A DNA stretch of 64,000 nucleotides from an uncultured Opitutaceae bacterium (GTDB lineage: Bacteria; Verrucomicrobiota; Verrucomicrobiia; Opitutales; Opitutaceae): positions 2,026 through 66,025 of the forward strand of contig CAIWXW010000100.1 of NCBI GenBank assembly GCA_903916755.1, in the 5' to 3' direction. The position numbers were made by a program, and so were the translations under genes. The notes below the pieces were generated by a model. The model did not search any database. It was not told the origin of the DNA and saw nothing but the letters and a program-made list of their open reading frames with translations. This document shows positions 42,270 to 51,372 of the stretch, one piece after another (position 1 is the first letter of the stretch; every line of letters begins with the position of its first letter).

Positions 42270-44153
42270 ATGAAGCCCGACCTCATGCAAACCCCCTCCT
42301 CTTCCCGCGCGGCTGGTCCGCGCCTTGTCCTGGCCGCGGCCGCCCTCTGCGGCGCCCTGACGCTCCGGGCCCAGACCGTTCCCTTCCAGCTCGCCCCGGT
42401 GGTCGTTTCCGCCACGCGCGTGGCCGAGCCGTCGAGCAATGTCGGCACGGCGATCGACGTGGTGTCCGGCGCCGATGTCGAGCGCCAGCAGCTGACGACC
42501 TTCGCCGCGGCCCTCTCCGGCGTGGCCGGCGCGCCGGCCTTCGCGACCGGCCAGACCGGCGCCGCGACCTCGCTGTTTCTCCGCGGCGCGAATTCGAACC
42601 AGACCCTGTTCCTGGTCGACGGCATCCGGCTGAACGACGCCAACACCGACTACGCCAATTTCCTCGGCGGCGCCCGGATCTTCCCCACCGATTCGATCGA
42701 GGTCGCGCGCGGCCCCCAGAGCACGCTGTACGGCAGCGAGGCGGTGGGCGGCGTGGTGTCGCTGCGCATGGCCCCGGGCACGGGCCAGCCCGCCGAAACC
42801 GTCACGGCCGAGGCCGGCTCGTTCGGCACGGTCGACGGCGTCGTGACGGCGCAGGCCGCGCTCGGCCCCTGGGCCTACAACGTCGCGGTGTCCGGCGAGC
42901 AGACCCAGAACGACCGGGTCAACAACGCCCTCGACAGCACGAACGTCGCCTTGCGGCTCGATGACCAGATCTCCACCGACCTGCACATCGGCGCGACCCT
43001 GCGCGGGCTCGTGCAGCGCTACGGCGACCCGGGCGACGCGTTCACCAACAACCTCCTCGATTACGAGCGGGAGGAGAACTGGCTGGCCACGGTGTTCGCC
43101 GATTTCCGCCTGACCGAGAACATCCTCAGCCACCTCACGTTCGGCGGCCAGGAGCGGCGCTTTGTGGCGGTCGTGCCGGCGCCGGGGCGGCCCGCGCAGG
43201 TCAGCGTGACCAAGAATCTCCGCGGGGTGCTCGACTGGCAGTTCACGGCCCGTCTGACCGAGAACAACCTGTTCACCGGCGGCGTCACGGCGGAGAGCGG
43301 CAGCACGATCGCCACCGGCTTCGGCAACATCAACAAGCACCAGACCCTCTTCAGCTATTTCGGCGAGGATGAGTGGACCCCGATCGCCAACCTGCACCTG
43401 ACCGGGGGCCTGCGGCACGACGACTACAACACCTTTGGCGGCGCGACCACCGGCCGCGCCACGCTCGCCTGGCTGATCGCGAACGGCATGGTCAAGGTTC
43501 GCGGCAGCTATGGCTCCGGCTTCGACGCGCCGAGCTTCCTGGACCTCTATGCCAAGAGCGCCTTTTTCGTCGGCAACCCGACCCTCCGGCCCGAGACATC
43601 CCACGGGTGGGATGGCGGCCTGGATATCTATCTGCCGGGGGACAAGACGACGCTCAGCGCGACCGGATTCCAGACCGACTACGGCAACCTGATCATCGAC
43701 AACTTCAACGTGTTTCCGGGCACCGCCCAGAATGTGGAGCGCGCCCGCACCCGCGGCGTGGAGTTGTCCGCCAACACGATCCTCTTCAATCACGCGCGGG
43801 CCAAGGTCGCCTACACCTACCTGGAGGCGCGCAATCTTTCCGAGAACACCGCGCTGCTCCGCCGGCCGCGCAACAGCCTGGCGGCCGACCTGTGGTCCGA
43901 CCTGGGGGGAGGCTTCACGGCGGGGGTGGGCGGCAGCTACGTCGGCCGCCGGCCGGACGTCGACGCGCGGACCTTCGCGACAGTGATCGATCCGGGTTAC
44001 ACCGTTGTGCGGGCCTATGCCGCCTGGCAGGCGTCGCAGCGGCTGACCCTCAAGGCGCGGATCGAGAACGCGCTCGGCCGGCAATATGAGCCGGTGAACG
44101 GCTACCCCCAGCCCGGGACGGGCATCTACGGCAGCGTGGAGCTGAAGTTCTAG
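42270..44153 (+). CDS. btuB: TonB-dependent outer-membrane receptor, BtuB-like (cobalamin/corrinoid uptake inferred from the riboswitch)
   Basis: ATG at 42270 gives a signal peptide. TonB-box/plug PVVVSATR...VDVVSGADVERQ, FLRGANSNQTLFLVDGIRLND, and a C-terminal ...YGSVELKF ending in Phe. Confidence 0.85.
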   Translation: MKPDLMQTPSSSRAAGPRLVLAAAALCGALTLRAQTVPFQLAPVVVSATRVAEPSSNVGTAIDVVSGADVERQQLTTFAAALSGVAGAPAFATGQTGAATSLFLRGANSNQTLFLVDGIRLNDANTDYANFLGGARIFPTDSIEVARGPQSTLYGSEAVGGVVSLRMAPGTGQPAETVTAEAGSFGTVDGVVTAQAALGPWAYNVAVSGEQTQNDRVNNALDSTNVALRLDDQISTDLHIGATLRGLVQRYGDPGDAFTNNLLDYEREENWLATVFADFRLTENILSHLTFGGQERRFVAVVPAPGRPAQVSVTKNLRGVLDWQFTARLTENNLFTGGVTAESGSTIATGFGNINKHQTLFSYFGEDEWTPIANLHLTGGLRHDDYNTFGGATTGRATLAWLIANGMVKVRGSYGSGFDAPSFLDLYAKSAFFVGNPTLRPETSHGWDGGLDIYLPGDKTTLSATGFQTDYGNLIIDNFNVFPGTAQNVERARTRGVELSANTILFNHARAKVAYTYLEARNLSENTALLRRPRNSLAADLWSDLGGGFTAGVGGSYVGRRPDVDARTFATVIDPGYTVVRAYAAWQASQRLTLKARIENALGRQYEPVNGYPQPGTGIYGSVELKF

Positions 44154-44157
44154 GCGC

Positions 44158-44583
44158 TCAGGCCGCCTTCCAGGCCAGCACCAGCGCGCCGGCGACGATC
44201 AGTCCGCCGCCGGCCGCGTGCTGCCAGGTCAGGCGCTCGCGCAGGAAGAGGGCGGCCAGCAGGATCGCGAAGACCACGCTCAGCTTGTCGATCGGCGCGA
44301 CCCGGGAAACCGGGCCGAGCTGGATCGCGCGAAAGTAGCAGAGCCAGGACAGGCCGGTCGCGATGCCGGATAGCGCCAGGAAGAGCCAGGTGTGCCGCGA
44401 GAGGTTCGCCAGCGCGCCCCGCGGGGCCCACGCGAATGCGAGCGCCCAGGTGAACACCAGCACCACCGTGGTGCGGACGGCGGTGGCGAGGTTGGAATTG
44501 ACGCCCTCGACGCCGATCTTCGCCAAGACCGCCGTGATCCCGGCGAAAAAGGCCGAGAGCAGCGACCACGCGATCCAGGTCAT
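44158..44583 (-). CDS. Small EamA/DMT-superfamily membrane transporter (single EamA domain)
   Basis: 141 aa with 4-5 predicted TM helices. Opening MTWIAWSLLSAFFAGITAVLAKIGV is typical of EamA half-transporters. Confidence 0.7.
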   Translation of the reverse strand: MTWIAWSLLSAFFAGITAVLAKIGVEGVNSNLATAVRTTVVLVFTWALAFAWAPRGALANLSRHTWLFLALSGIATGLSWLCYFRAIQLGPVSRVAPIDKLSVVFAILLAALFLRERLTWQHAAGGGLIVAGALVLAWKAA

Positions 44584-44612
44584 GGGAATCGGCGGCCGCG
44601 CGGTCGCGGCGC

Positions 44613-45269
44613 CTAGAGCTTCTCGACGATCTTGTCCGCCAGGCCGTAGGCGATGGCTTCCTTGGCGTTGAGGTAGAAATCGCGGTCGCTGTCGCGCGCG
44701 ATCTTCTCAATCGGCTGGCCGGACGCGGTCGCCAGGATCTGGTTCAGCTCGCCGCGCAGTTTTTCCATTTCCTGCGCCTGGATGTTGATGTCCGTCGCAG
44801 GGCCGATGAAGCGGCCGGCGATCAGGGGCTGGTGGATGAGGACGCGGGCGTGCGGATAGAGGAAGCGGCGGCCCTTGGTGGTGCCGCAGAGCAGGATCGA
44901 CCCCATCGAAGCCGCCATGCCGGTCACGACGATGTCGATCGGCGAGGTGATCATCCGCATGGTGTCGAAGACCGCCATGCCGGCGGTGATCGAGCCGCCC
45001 GGGGTGTTGATGTAAAAGGTGATGTCCTTCCCGGGAGCGGTCGACTCGAGATAGAGCAGGCGCTCGCAGAGGGCCTTGGCCGACTCGTCGGTCACGGCGC
45101 CCCAGAGAAAGAGCTTCCGCTGCTCGAGGAACTTCCGCTCGACGATCAACGACACGGAGGAGGAGCGCTGCTGGACCGGGGCCTCTTCCCGTTCGTCCTC
45201 ATCCTCATCGTCATCCAGGCGGGGAACGGGAGCGGCGAGGCCGGGCTGCAGGTTATTAAAGTGCATCAT
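44613..45269 (-). CDS. clpP: ATP-dependent Clp protease proteolytic subunit with atypical acidic N-terminal extension
   Basis: Catalytic Ser in GMAASMGS, His in RVLIHQP, and Asp in RDSDRDFYL. First ATG at 45269 (the track start at 45299 is TTG). The DDDEDEDEREE tract precedes the core. Confidence 0.85.
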   Translation of the reverse strand: MMHFNNLQPGLAAPVPRLDDDEDEDEREEAPVQQRSSSVSLIVERKFLEQRKLFLWGAVTDESAKALCERLLYLESTAPGKDITFYINTPGGSITAGMAVFDTMRMITSPIDIVVTGMAASMGSILLCGTTKGRRFLYPHARVLIHQPLIAGRFIGPATDINIQAQEMEKLRGELNQILATASGQPIEKIARDSDRDFYLNAKEAIAYGLADKIVEKL

Positions 45270-45370
45270 GGAAAGGAGGACTATGAGCGGCCCCCGCAAT
45301 TTGGCAAGGGCGGGAGCAGGGCCGCCGCCGGCATTGCCTCGGACCCGTCCGAGCCCCAGATTTCCCGGGC

Positions 45371-46999
45371 GTGAAACGTCTTTCCGGCAACATCGTGGAC
45401 CTGGCCGCCCGGAGGATCTTTCCCGGGCGGGTGGAATGGGAGGGCGGGGTGATCCGGCGGATCGTGCCCGAGCCCGGCCGGCGCTTCACTCATTATATCG
45501 CGCCGGGGTTTGTGGACGCCCACGTGCACATCGAGAGCTCGATGCTGCCGCCGGCCGAGTTTGCGCGGCTGGCGGTGGTGCATGGGACGGTGGGCACTGT
45601 CTCCGATCCGCACGAGATCGCCAACGTGCTGGGAGCCGCCGGTGTGCGCTACATGCTGGCCGAGGCTCGCCGCACCCCCCTCAAGATCTGCTTCGGCGCC
45701 CCGCCCTGCGTGCCGGCCACCCCCTTTGAGACCGCGGGCGGGCGGCTGGGGGCGCGCACGGTGGCGGCGCTCCTGCGGCTGCCGGGGATCGGCTACCTGA
45801 GCGAGGTCATGAATTTCCCCGGCGTCCTGGCCCGCGAGCCGGACCTGATGGCGAAGATCGCGGCCGCGCGGCGGCTCGGGCTGCCGGTCGACGGGCATGC
45901 CCCGGGCCTCCGCGGCGCGGCGCTCAAGGCGTATGCCGCCGCCGGCATCACCACCGACCATGAATGCTTCACCTTGGCGGAAGCCGAGGAAAAGATCGCC
46001 GCCGGCATGAAGATCCTGATCCGCGAGGGCTCCGCCGCGCGGAATTTCGCGGCCCTGGCCCCGCTGCTGCGCTCCCGGCCGGACCAGTGCATGTTCTGCT
46101 GCGACGACCTGCACCCCGACGAGCTGATCCGCCACCATCTCGATCATCATGTGCGGCGCGCCCTGGCGGCCGGCGCCGACCGCTTTGACGCGCTCATCTG
46201 CGCGAGCGTCTTGCCGGTGCGGCACTATGGGCTCAAGGTGGGGCTGCTGCAGACGGGGGATCCGGCGGATTTCATCGTGTTCACCGGCTGGAAAAACCTG
46301 CGTGTCCGCCGGACCTACCTGCAGGGGGAGCTGGTCGCCCGGGACGGGCGCAGCCTGCTGCCCCGCCGGCCGGCCGCGGTGGCCAATGCGTTTCGCGCCC
46401 GCCCGCGGGCGCCCGCGGATTTCCGGGTGCCGGCCGGCGGCGGTCGGCTGAATGTGATCGTGGCCGAGGCCGGGCAGCTCGTCACGGGCTGGAAAAAGAT
46501 CGCCGCCCGGGTGGTCGATGGCGCCGCCATGTCCGATCCCTCGCGCGATCTGCTCAAGCTGGCGGTCGTCAACCGCTATGAGCCCCGGGCGCCCGTGGCG
46601 GTGGGATTCATCCGGGGCTTCGGCCTCAAGTCCGGAGCCCTCGCCTCCTCCGTGGCCCACGATTCCCACAACATCGTGGCGGTGGGCGTCGATGACGCGT
46701 CGCTCGCGGCGGCGGTCAATCGGGTCATAGCCCATCGGGGCGGCGTGGCCGCGGTGGGCCTGGGGGAGGAGCGGGTGCTGCCGCTCCCGATCGCCGGGCT
46801 CATGTCCAACGAGGACGGCCACGAGGTGGCCGCGGCCTATGGCGAGGTGGAGGCGCTGGCCCGGCGGCTCGGCAGCGGGCTGCCGGCCCCGTTCATGACC
46901 CTTTCCTTCATGGCGCTCCTGGTGATTCCCGACCTGAAGCTCAGCGACCGCGGTCTTTTTTCGATCGTGCGCGGCGGGCCGGTCCCGGTGGCGGGTTGA
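45371..46999 (+). CDS. ade: Adenine deaminase
   Basis: 542 aa. Amidohydrolase metal site GFVDAHVHIESSML, then DGHAPG, TTDHEC and SVAHDSHNIVAVG. GTG start. Confidence 0.88.
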   Translation: MKRLSGNIVDLAARRIFPGRVEWEGGVIRRIVPEPGRRFTHYIAPGFVDAHVHIESSMLPPAEFARLAVVHGTVGTVSDPHEIANVLGAAGVRYMLAEARRTPLKICFGAPPCVPATPFETAGGRLGARTVAALLRLPGIGYLSEVMNFPGVLAREPDLMAKIAAARRLGLPVDGHAPGLRGAALKAYAAAGITTDHECFTLAEAEEKIAAGMKILIREGSAARNFAALAPLLRSRPDQCMFCCDDLHPDELIRHHLDHHVRRALAAGADRFDALICASVLPVRHYGLKVGLLQTGDPADFIVFTGWKNLRVRRTYLQGELVARDGRSLLPRRPAAVANAFRARPRAPADFRVPAGGGRLNVIVAEAGQLVTGWKKIAARVVDGAAMSDPSRDLLKLAVVNRYEPRAPVAVGFIRGFGLKSGALASSVAHDSHNIVAVGVDDASLAAAVNRVIAHRGGVAAVGLGEERVLPLPIAGLMSNEDGHEVAAAYGEVEALARRLGSGLPAPFMTLSFMALLVIPDLKLSDRGLFSIVRGGPVPVAG

Positions 47000-47005
47000 G
47001 GACTG

Positions 47006-47395
47006 CTACCAGGCGAACTTCAGGAGGGCGAGGCCGGTTCCGCCCGCCCAAGTGCCCACCTCCATCGGCCCCAGGCGGGCGATCGCCCCGCCCTTATAGA
47101 GGGTGAAATGGTCGTCGACCGCGTTTTGGCGGGCCACGGCCTGGTCGAGGCCCTGGCTCTCCCATCGGTTGCGCACGATCACGCGCCGAAGGAGGACCAC
47201 GTCGGTCGCCGGCTTGGTGGCGGGCGCGTCGGCCGCCGCCTTGGGGGCGTAGACAAACGACTCGCGAAAGGCGGCCTTCATTTCCTGGTCGATGTCCGGC
47301 TTCGTGTCCTGGGCGTGTCCCAGCCGGAGCAAGCCAAAGACGGCGGCGGCGGCGAGGCCGTGGCGGCACCAGCGTATCAGGGCTACGGCGCGCAT
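47006..47395 (-). CDS. Small secreted hypothetical protein (129 aa)
   Basis: ATG at 47395 gives a signal-like N-terminus MRAVALIRWCRHGLAAAAVFGLLRLGHA/QD. The longer track ORF overlaps the deaminase gene. Confidence 0.45.
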   Translation of the reverse strand: MRAVALIRWCRHGLAAAAVFGLLRLGHAQDTKPDIDQEMKAAFRESFVYAPKAAADAPATKPATDVVLLRRVIVRNRWESQGLDQAVARQNAVDDHFTLYKGGAIARLGPMEVGTWAGGTGLALLKFAW

Positions 47396-47469
47396 GACGA
47401 CGTTTTGTATCCCGGCCCGCGCCCGGGTTCCAGCTTTTTTGCGGTGCAATGCCCGCCGCCGGGCCGGCC

Positions 47470-47946
47470 TCAGTACTTCACCTTGTCCGTCTTGGCCGCC
47501 CACTCCTGGAACGCCCTCTGCGCCTGATCGCGGAGCAAGGGCTCCATCGGGATCGTGCGCTGGTCCGGGGGCAGGGGAATCTGCTGATAGATGAAATCGT
47601 CGTCGAAACCCACCGCCGCGGCATCCTGGCGGGTATTGGCGTAGTAGATCCGCGGGATGCGCGCCCAGTAGATGGCGGACAGGCACATCGGGCAGGGCTC
47701 GCAGCTGGTGAAGATCTCGCAGTCGGTCAGCTGGAAGGTGCCGAGCTCCCGGCAGGCGGCGCGGATCGCGACCACCTCCGCGTGCGCGGTGGGATCGTTG
47801 GAGGAGGTGACCTGGTTGTTGCCCTGGCCGACCACTTTTCCCTGGCGGACGACGACGCAGCCGAAGGGTCCGCCGCGCGCGGCGCGCAGGCCCTCTTCCG
47901 ACAACCGGATCGCCTCCCGCATGAATTTTTCCTTTTCCTGGGCCAT
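47470..47946 (-). CDS. guaD: Guanine deaminase (CDA-fold zinc deaminase)
   Basis: 158 aa. Zinc motifs HAEVVAIR and CEPCPMC. The size and purine-cluster context favour guanine deaminase over tRNA adenosine deaminase. Confidence 0.75.
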   Translation of the reverse strand: MAQEKEKFMREAIRLSEEGLRAARGGPFGCVVVRQGKVVGQGNNQVTSSNDPTAHAEVVAIRAACRELGTFQLTDCEIFTSCEPCPMCLSAIYWARIPRIYYANTRQDAAAVGFDDDFIYQQIPLPPDQRTIPMEPLLRDQAQRAFQEWAAKTDKVKY

Positions 47947-47950
47947 GGGC

Positions 47951-48799
47951 TTACTTCCGGTCGATGACCGCCTCGATCTGGCCGTGCGGCTCGTCGATCG
48001 GCAGGAAGGTCAGGTTGGCGTTGTCCATGCCGAATGGCTTCAGGTTGAGGAGGAGATAGTGCTTGTTGGGCAGGGCGAGCTTGACGCGGTCGATCTGCGG
48101 GACCGCGGCGAAGGCAGCCTCGGCCATCTGGTACAGCGTGGCCTGGACGGAGGGGCTGAAGTTGGAGGCGAAGGCGCCGAGCATGGCGTCGAGGATCGCG
48201 CCATTGGCCGCGTTGGCATCGAAGCCCGCGGCGGGCTCGCCGGCCCAGCGCCAGCGCGCCTGCAGGTCCGTGGCGAGGATCCGGTCATCGGTCTCCGGCA
48301 GGGTGGTGAAGTCGTCCCGCGGGAAGCCCGAGAAGCCCGAGGCGGTTGATTTCATGATCAGCAGGTCCTCCAGGCCCGATTCCAATTCGGGCGCCGACCC
48401 GCGCGCCGCGACCAGGCGGGTGACCGGGTGCGCGCCTTCGCCGGTGAAGGCATGATCATGCGGTCGGCCGCCGACCTCCAGGCGGGACCAGCGGCGCTCG
48501 CGGGTGTCGATCGTCACCCGCGCGACGTGGGCGAAGCGGTCCAGGAAGTGGCGCGCGAGCAGGAGGACGAAGGGCTCGGTCTGGGCGGTCAGGTGCTGGT
48601 GGGCGAGCCCCTGAACCGTGTTCTTCATCGTGTCCGTGGCCACGACCTTGCTGTTGTCCCCGGCCGTATAGGACGTCTCGAACTCGCCCTCGAGGCGGAC
48701 GCCGACCGTCAGCTCCTTCACCTCGTGCCGCGCGCCCTGGCGGAGGACCTTCATGACCCGGACGCGCTGTTTGCCGTAATTTTGGGAGACCAGTTGCAT
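47951..48799 (-). CDS. uox: Urate oxidase (cofactor-independent uricase)
   Basis: 282 aa. YGKQRVRVMKV, YTAGDNSKVVATDTMKNTV and the tunnelling-fold repeat. Confidence 0.9.
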   Translation of the reverse strand: MQLVSQNYGKQRVRVMKVLRQGARHEVKELTVGVRLEGEFETSYTAGDNSKVVATDTMKNTVQGLAHQHLTAQTEPFVLLLARHFLDRFAHVARVTIDTRERRWSRLEVGGRPHDHAFTGEGAHPVTRLVAARGSAPELESGLEDLLIMKSTASGFSGFPRDDFTTLPETDDRILATDLQARWRWAGEPAAGFDANAANGAILDAMLGAFASNFSPSVQATLYQMAEAAFAAVPQIDRVKLALPNKHYLLLNLKPFGMDNANLTFLPIDEPHGQIEAVIDRK

Positions 48800-48906
48800 C
48801 GGAAGCGGCGCGGAGAAGACCGTATTCCGGACTGGCTCGCAACCACTATGTAGGTGACAGGACGCTACGAGTGCTCAATTTTTACCGGGACTCAACCCCG
48901 CCCACC

Positions 48907-50499
48907 ATGCCCTCCCTCCTCATTTCCGGCCTCGAGATTTGCGCCCCGCTTGATGCGCGCGCCGCCGAGATCCTCAGCCCCGAGGCCTGCGCTTTCCTGG
49001 CCCAGCTCTTCCGCGAGTTCGAACCGCGCCGCCGCGCCCTCCTGCAGCGCCGGGCCGAACGCCAGCGCGCCTTCGACGGCGGCCAGCTGCCCGATTTCCT
49101 GCCGGAGACCGCCGCCATCCGCGGCGGCGACTGGCGCGTGCCGCCGCCTCCGGCCGACCTCACCGACCGCCGCACGGAGATCACCGGCCCGGTGGACCGG
49201 AAGATGGTGATCAACGCGCTCAACTCCGGCGCCAAGGTGTTCATGGCCGATTTCGAGGACGCGACCTCGCCGGTCTGGGAGAACATGCTCGAGGGCCAGT
49301 CCAACCTGCGGGACGCCGTGCGCCGGACGATCTCCTTCACCGGCCCAAACGGCAAGAGCTACGCCCTGAACGAGAAGACGGCGACTTTGGTGGTGCGCCC
49401 GCGCGGCTGGCACCTCACGGAGAAGCACGTGCTGCTCAACGGGGAGCGCGTCTCCGGCTCGATCTTCGACTGGGGCCTTTATTTCTTCCACAACGCCAAG
49501 GAGCTGCTCGCGCGCGGCTCCGGCCCGTACTTCTACCTCCCGAAGATGGAGAGCCACCTCGAGGCGCGGCTGTGGAACGACATCTTCGTCCGCGCGCAGG
49601 CGCTCGTCGGGGTGCCGAAGGGCAGCGTCCGCGCCACCGTCCTGATCGAGACGATCCTCGGCGCCTTCGAGGCCGAGGAGATGCTCTACGAGCTGCGCGA
49701 GCACTCCAGCGGCCTCAACTGCGGGCGCTGGGACTATATCTTCAACTGCATCAAGCGGCTGCACGCGCGGCCCGGCGTGGTCTTCCCGGAACGGGCGCAG
49801 GTGACGATGACCTCCCCGTTCATGCGCGCCTACTGCCTCAACGTGATCAAGGTGTGCCACAGCCATGGCGCGCCCGCCATCGGCGGCATGGCCGCGCAGA
49901 TCCCGATCAAGAGCGACCCGGCCGCGAACGCCGCCGCCATGGCCAAGGTGCTGGCGGACAAGGAACGCGAGGCGACCGACGGCCATGACGGCACGTGGGT
50001 GGCCCATCCGGCCCTGGTGCCGATCGCCCTGCAGGCCTTCGACCGGATCATGCCGCAGCCGAACCAGATTTCCCGCCGGCGGGATGACGTGACCACGACG
50101 GCGGCCGATCTCCTCGCGCCGCCGACGGGCTCCATCACCGAGGCGGGCGTGCGGCTCAACCTCAGCGTCGGCGTGCAGTACCTCGAAGCCTGGCTCGGCG
50201 GACTGGGCTGCGTGCCGCTCTATCACCTGATGGAGGACGCCGCGACCGCGGAGATCTCGCGGGCGCAGCTCTGGCAGTGGCTGAAGTACGGCGCGGCGCT
50301 GGCCGACGGGCGCAAGATCACGGTCGAGCTCTGCCAGCGGCTGCTCGGCGAGGAGCTGGAGAAGATCAAGGGCGAGGTCGGGGCGGAGCGCTACGCCCGC
50401 GGCCACTTTCCCGCGGCGATCAAGCTCTTCATGGAGATGGCGCAGGCCGACAAGATGGAGGAGTTCCTCACGCTGCCGGCCTACGAGCAGCTGCCCTGA
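48907..50499 (+). CDS. aceB: Malate synthase A
   Basis: ATG at 48907. TGPVDRKMVINALNSGAKVFMADFEDA, YFYLPKMESHLEARLWNDIF, NCGRWDYIF and TWVAHP. Confidence 0.93.
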   Translation: MPSLLISGLEICAPLDARAAEILSPEACAFLAQLFREFEPRRRALLQRRAERQRAFDGGQLPDFLPETAAIRGGDWRVPPPPADLTDRRTEITGPVDRKMVINALNSGAKVFMADFEDATSPVWENMLEGQSNLRDAVRRTISFTGPNGKSYALNEKTATLVVRPRGWHLTEKHVLLNGERVSGSIFDWGLYFFHNAKELLARGSGPYFYLPKMESHLEARLWNDIFVRAQALVGVPKGSVRATVLIETILGAFEAEEMLYELREHSSGLNCGRWDYIFNCIKRLHARPGVVFPERAQVTMTSPFMRAYCLNVIKVCHSHGAPAIGGMAAQIPIKSDPAANAAAMAKVLADKEREATDGHDGTWVAHPALVPIALQAFDRIMPQPNQISRRRDDVTTTAADLLAPPTGSITEAGVRLNLSVGVQYLEAWLGGLGCVPLYHLMEDAATAEISRAQLWQWLKYGAALADGRKITVELCQRLLGEELEKIKGEVGAERYARGHFPAAIKLFMEMAQADKMEEFLTLPAYEQLP

Positions 50500-51012
50500 A
50501 TGGCCCTTCCGGTCCAGTCCGTCGCCGACCTGAACACCTGCGATCGCGCGGCGTTCGTCTCGGCGCTCGGCGGGCTGTTCGAGCACTCGCCCTGGGTGGC
50601 GGAGGAGGCCTTCGCCCGCCGGCCGTTTCGCGACGCGGTCCACCTCCATGCGGAGCTCTGCGCCGCGATGCGGGCGGCGCCGGCGGAACGCCAACGGGCG
50701 CTCATCCGGGCCCATCCCGACCTGGCCCAGCGGCTGGAGGGGCTGACGGCCGCGTCCCAGCGGGAGCAGTCCGGGGCCGGCCTCGACCGGCTGGCCGACG
50801 CGGAACTGGCGGAGTTCCGGGAGCTGAACACAGCCTATCGCGCGCGTTTCGGCTTCCCCTTTGTCATCTGCGCGCGGTTGAACGCCAAGGAGGCGATTCT
50901 GGGCGCGATGCGGGCCCGCCTGCTTCACTCCCCGGAGGCCGAGTTTGCCGGCGCGCTCGCTGAGATCGAAAAAATCGCATGGCTCCGGCTGGGGGATATC
51001 CTTAAGAACTAG
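50500..51012 (+). CDS. uraD: 2-oxo-4-hydroxy-4-carboxy-5-ureidoimidazoline (OHCU) decarboxylase
   Basis: 170 aa. [25 protein letters not shown], and [14 protein letters not shown]. Confidence 0.88.
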   Translation: MALPVQSVADLNTCDRAAFVSALGGLFEHSPWVAEEAFARRPFRDAVHLHAELCAAMRAAPAERQRALIRAHPDLAQRLEGLTAASQREQSGAGLDRLADAELAEFRELNTAYRARFGFPFVICARLNAKEAILGAMRARLLHSPEAEFAGALAEIEKIAWLRLGDILKN

Positions 51013-51022
51013 TCCGTCCGCC

Positions 51023-51367
51023 ATGCCCGCCAAACTCAGCACCCATGTCCTCGATCTCGTCCGTGGCGCGCCGGCCGGGGGCGTGACGATCGAGCTGTGG
51101 CGGCGCGGGACGGACCAGGCGCTATTGAAGACCGTGGTCACCAATGCGGACGGCCGGACGGACGCGCCGCTGCTGGGCGCCGGCGAACTCGCGGTCGGCG
51201 CGTATGAGCTGGTCTTCCAGGTCCGCGCCTACTTCGCGCAGCGCGGGATCCCGTGCGACTTCCTGGACAACGTGCCGATTCGCTTTCACGTCTCCGACCC
51301 CACCGCCTCCTATCACGTGCCGCTGCTCGTCACCCCCTGGGCCTACAGCACCTACCGGGGGAGCTGA
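51023..51367 (+). CDS. uraH: 5-hydroxyisourate hydrolase (transthyretin-like)
   Basis: ATG at 51023. [30 protein letters not shown]-terminal signature. Confidence 0.9.
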   Translation: MPAKLSTHVLDLVRGAPAGGVTIELWRRGTDQALLKTVVTNADGRTDAPLLGAGELAVGAYELVFQVRAYFAQRGIPCDFLDNVPIRFHVSDPTASYHVPLLVTPWAYSTYRGS

Positions 51368-51372
51368 CCGGC

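Noticed and set aside
42069-44084. 671-aa ORF on the minus strand
   Set aside because: Antisense to the TonB-dependent receptor, which has a signal peptide, plug motifs and a C-terminal Phe. It also runs across the riboswitch.
48892-51144. 750-aa ORF on the minus strand
   Set aside because: Antisense to malate synthase, OHCU decarboxylase and the HIU hydrolase start. No independent coding evidence.
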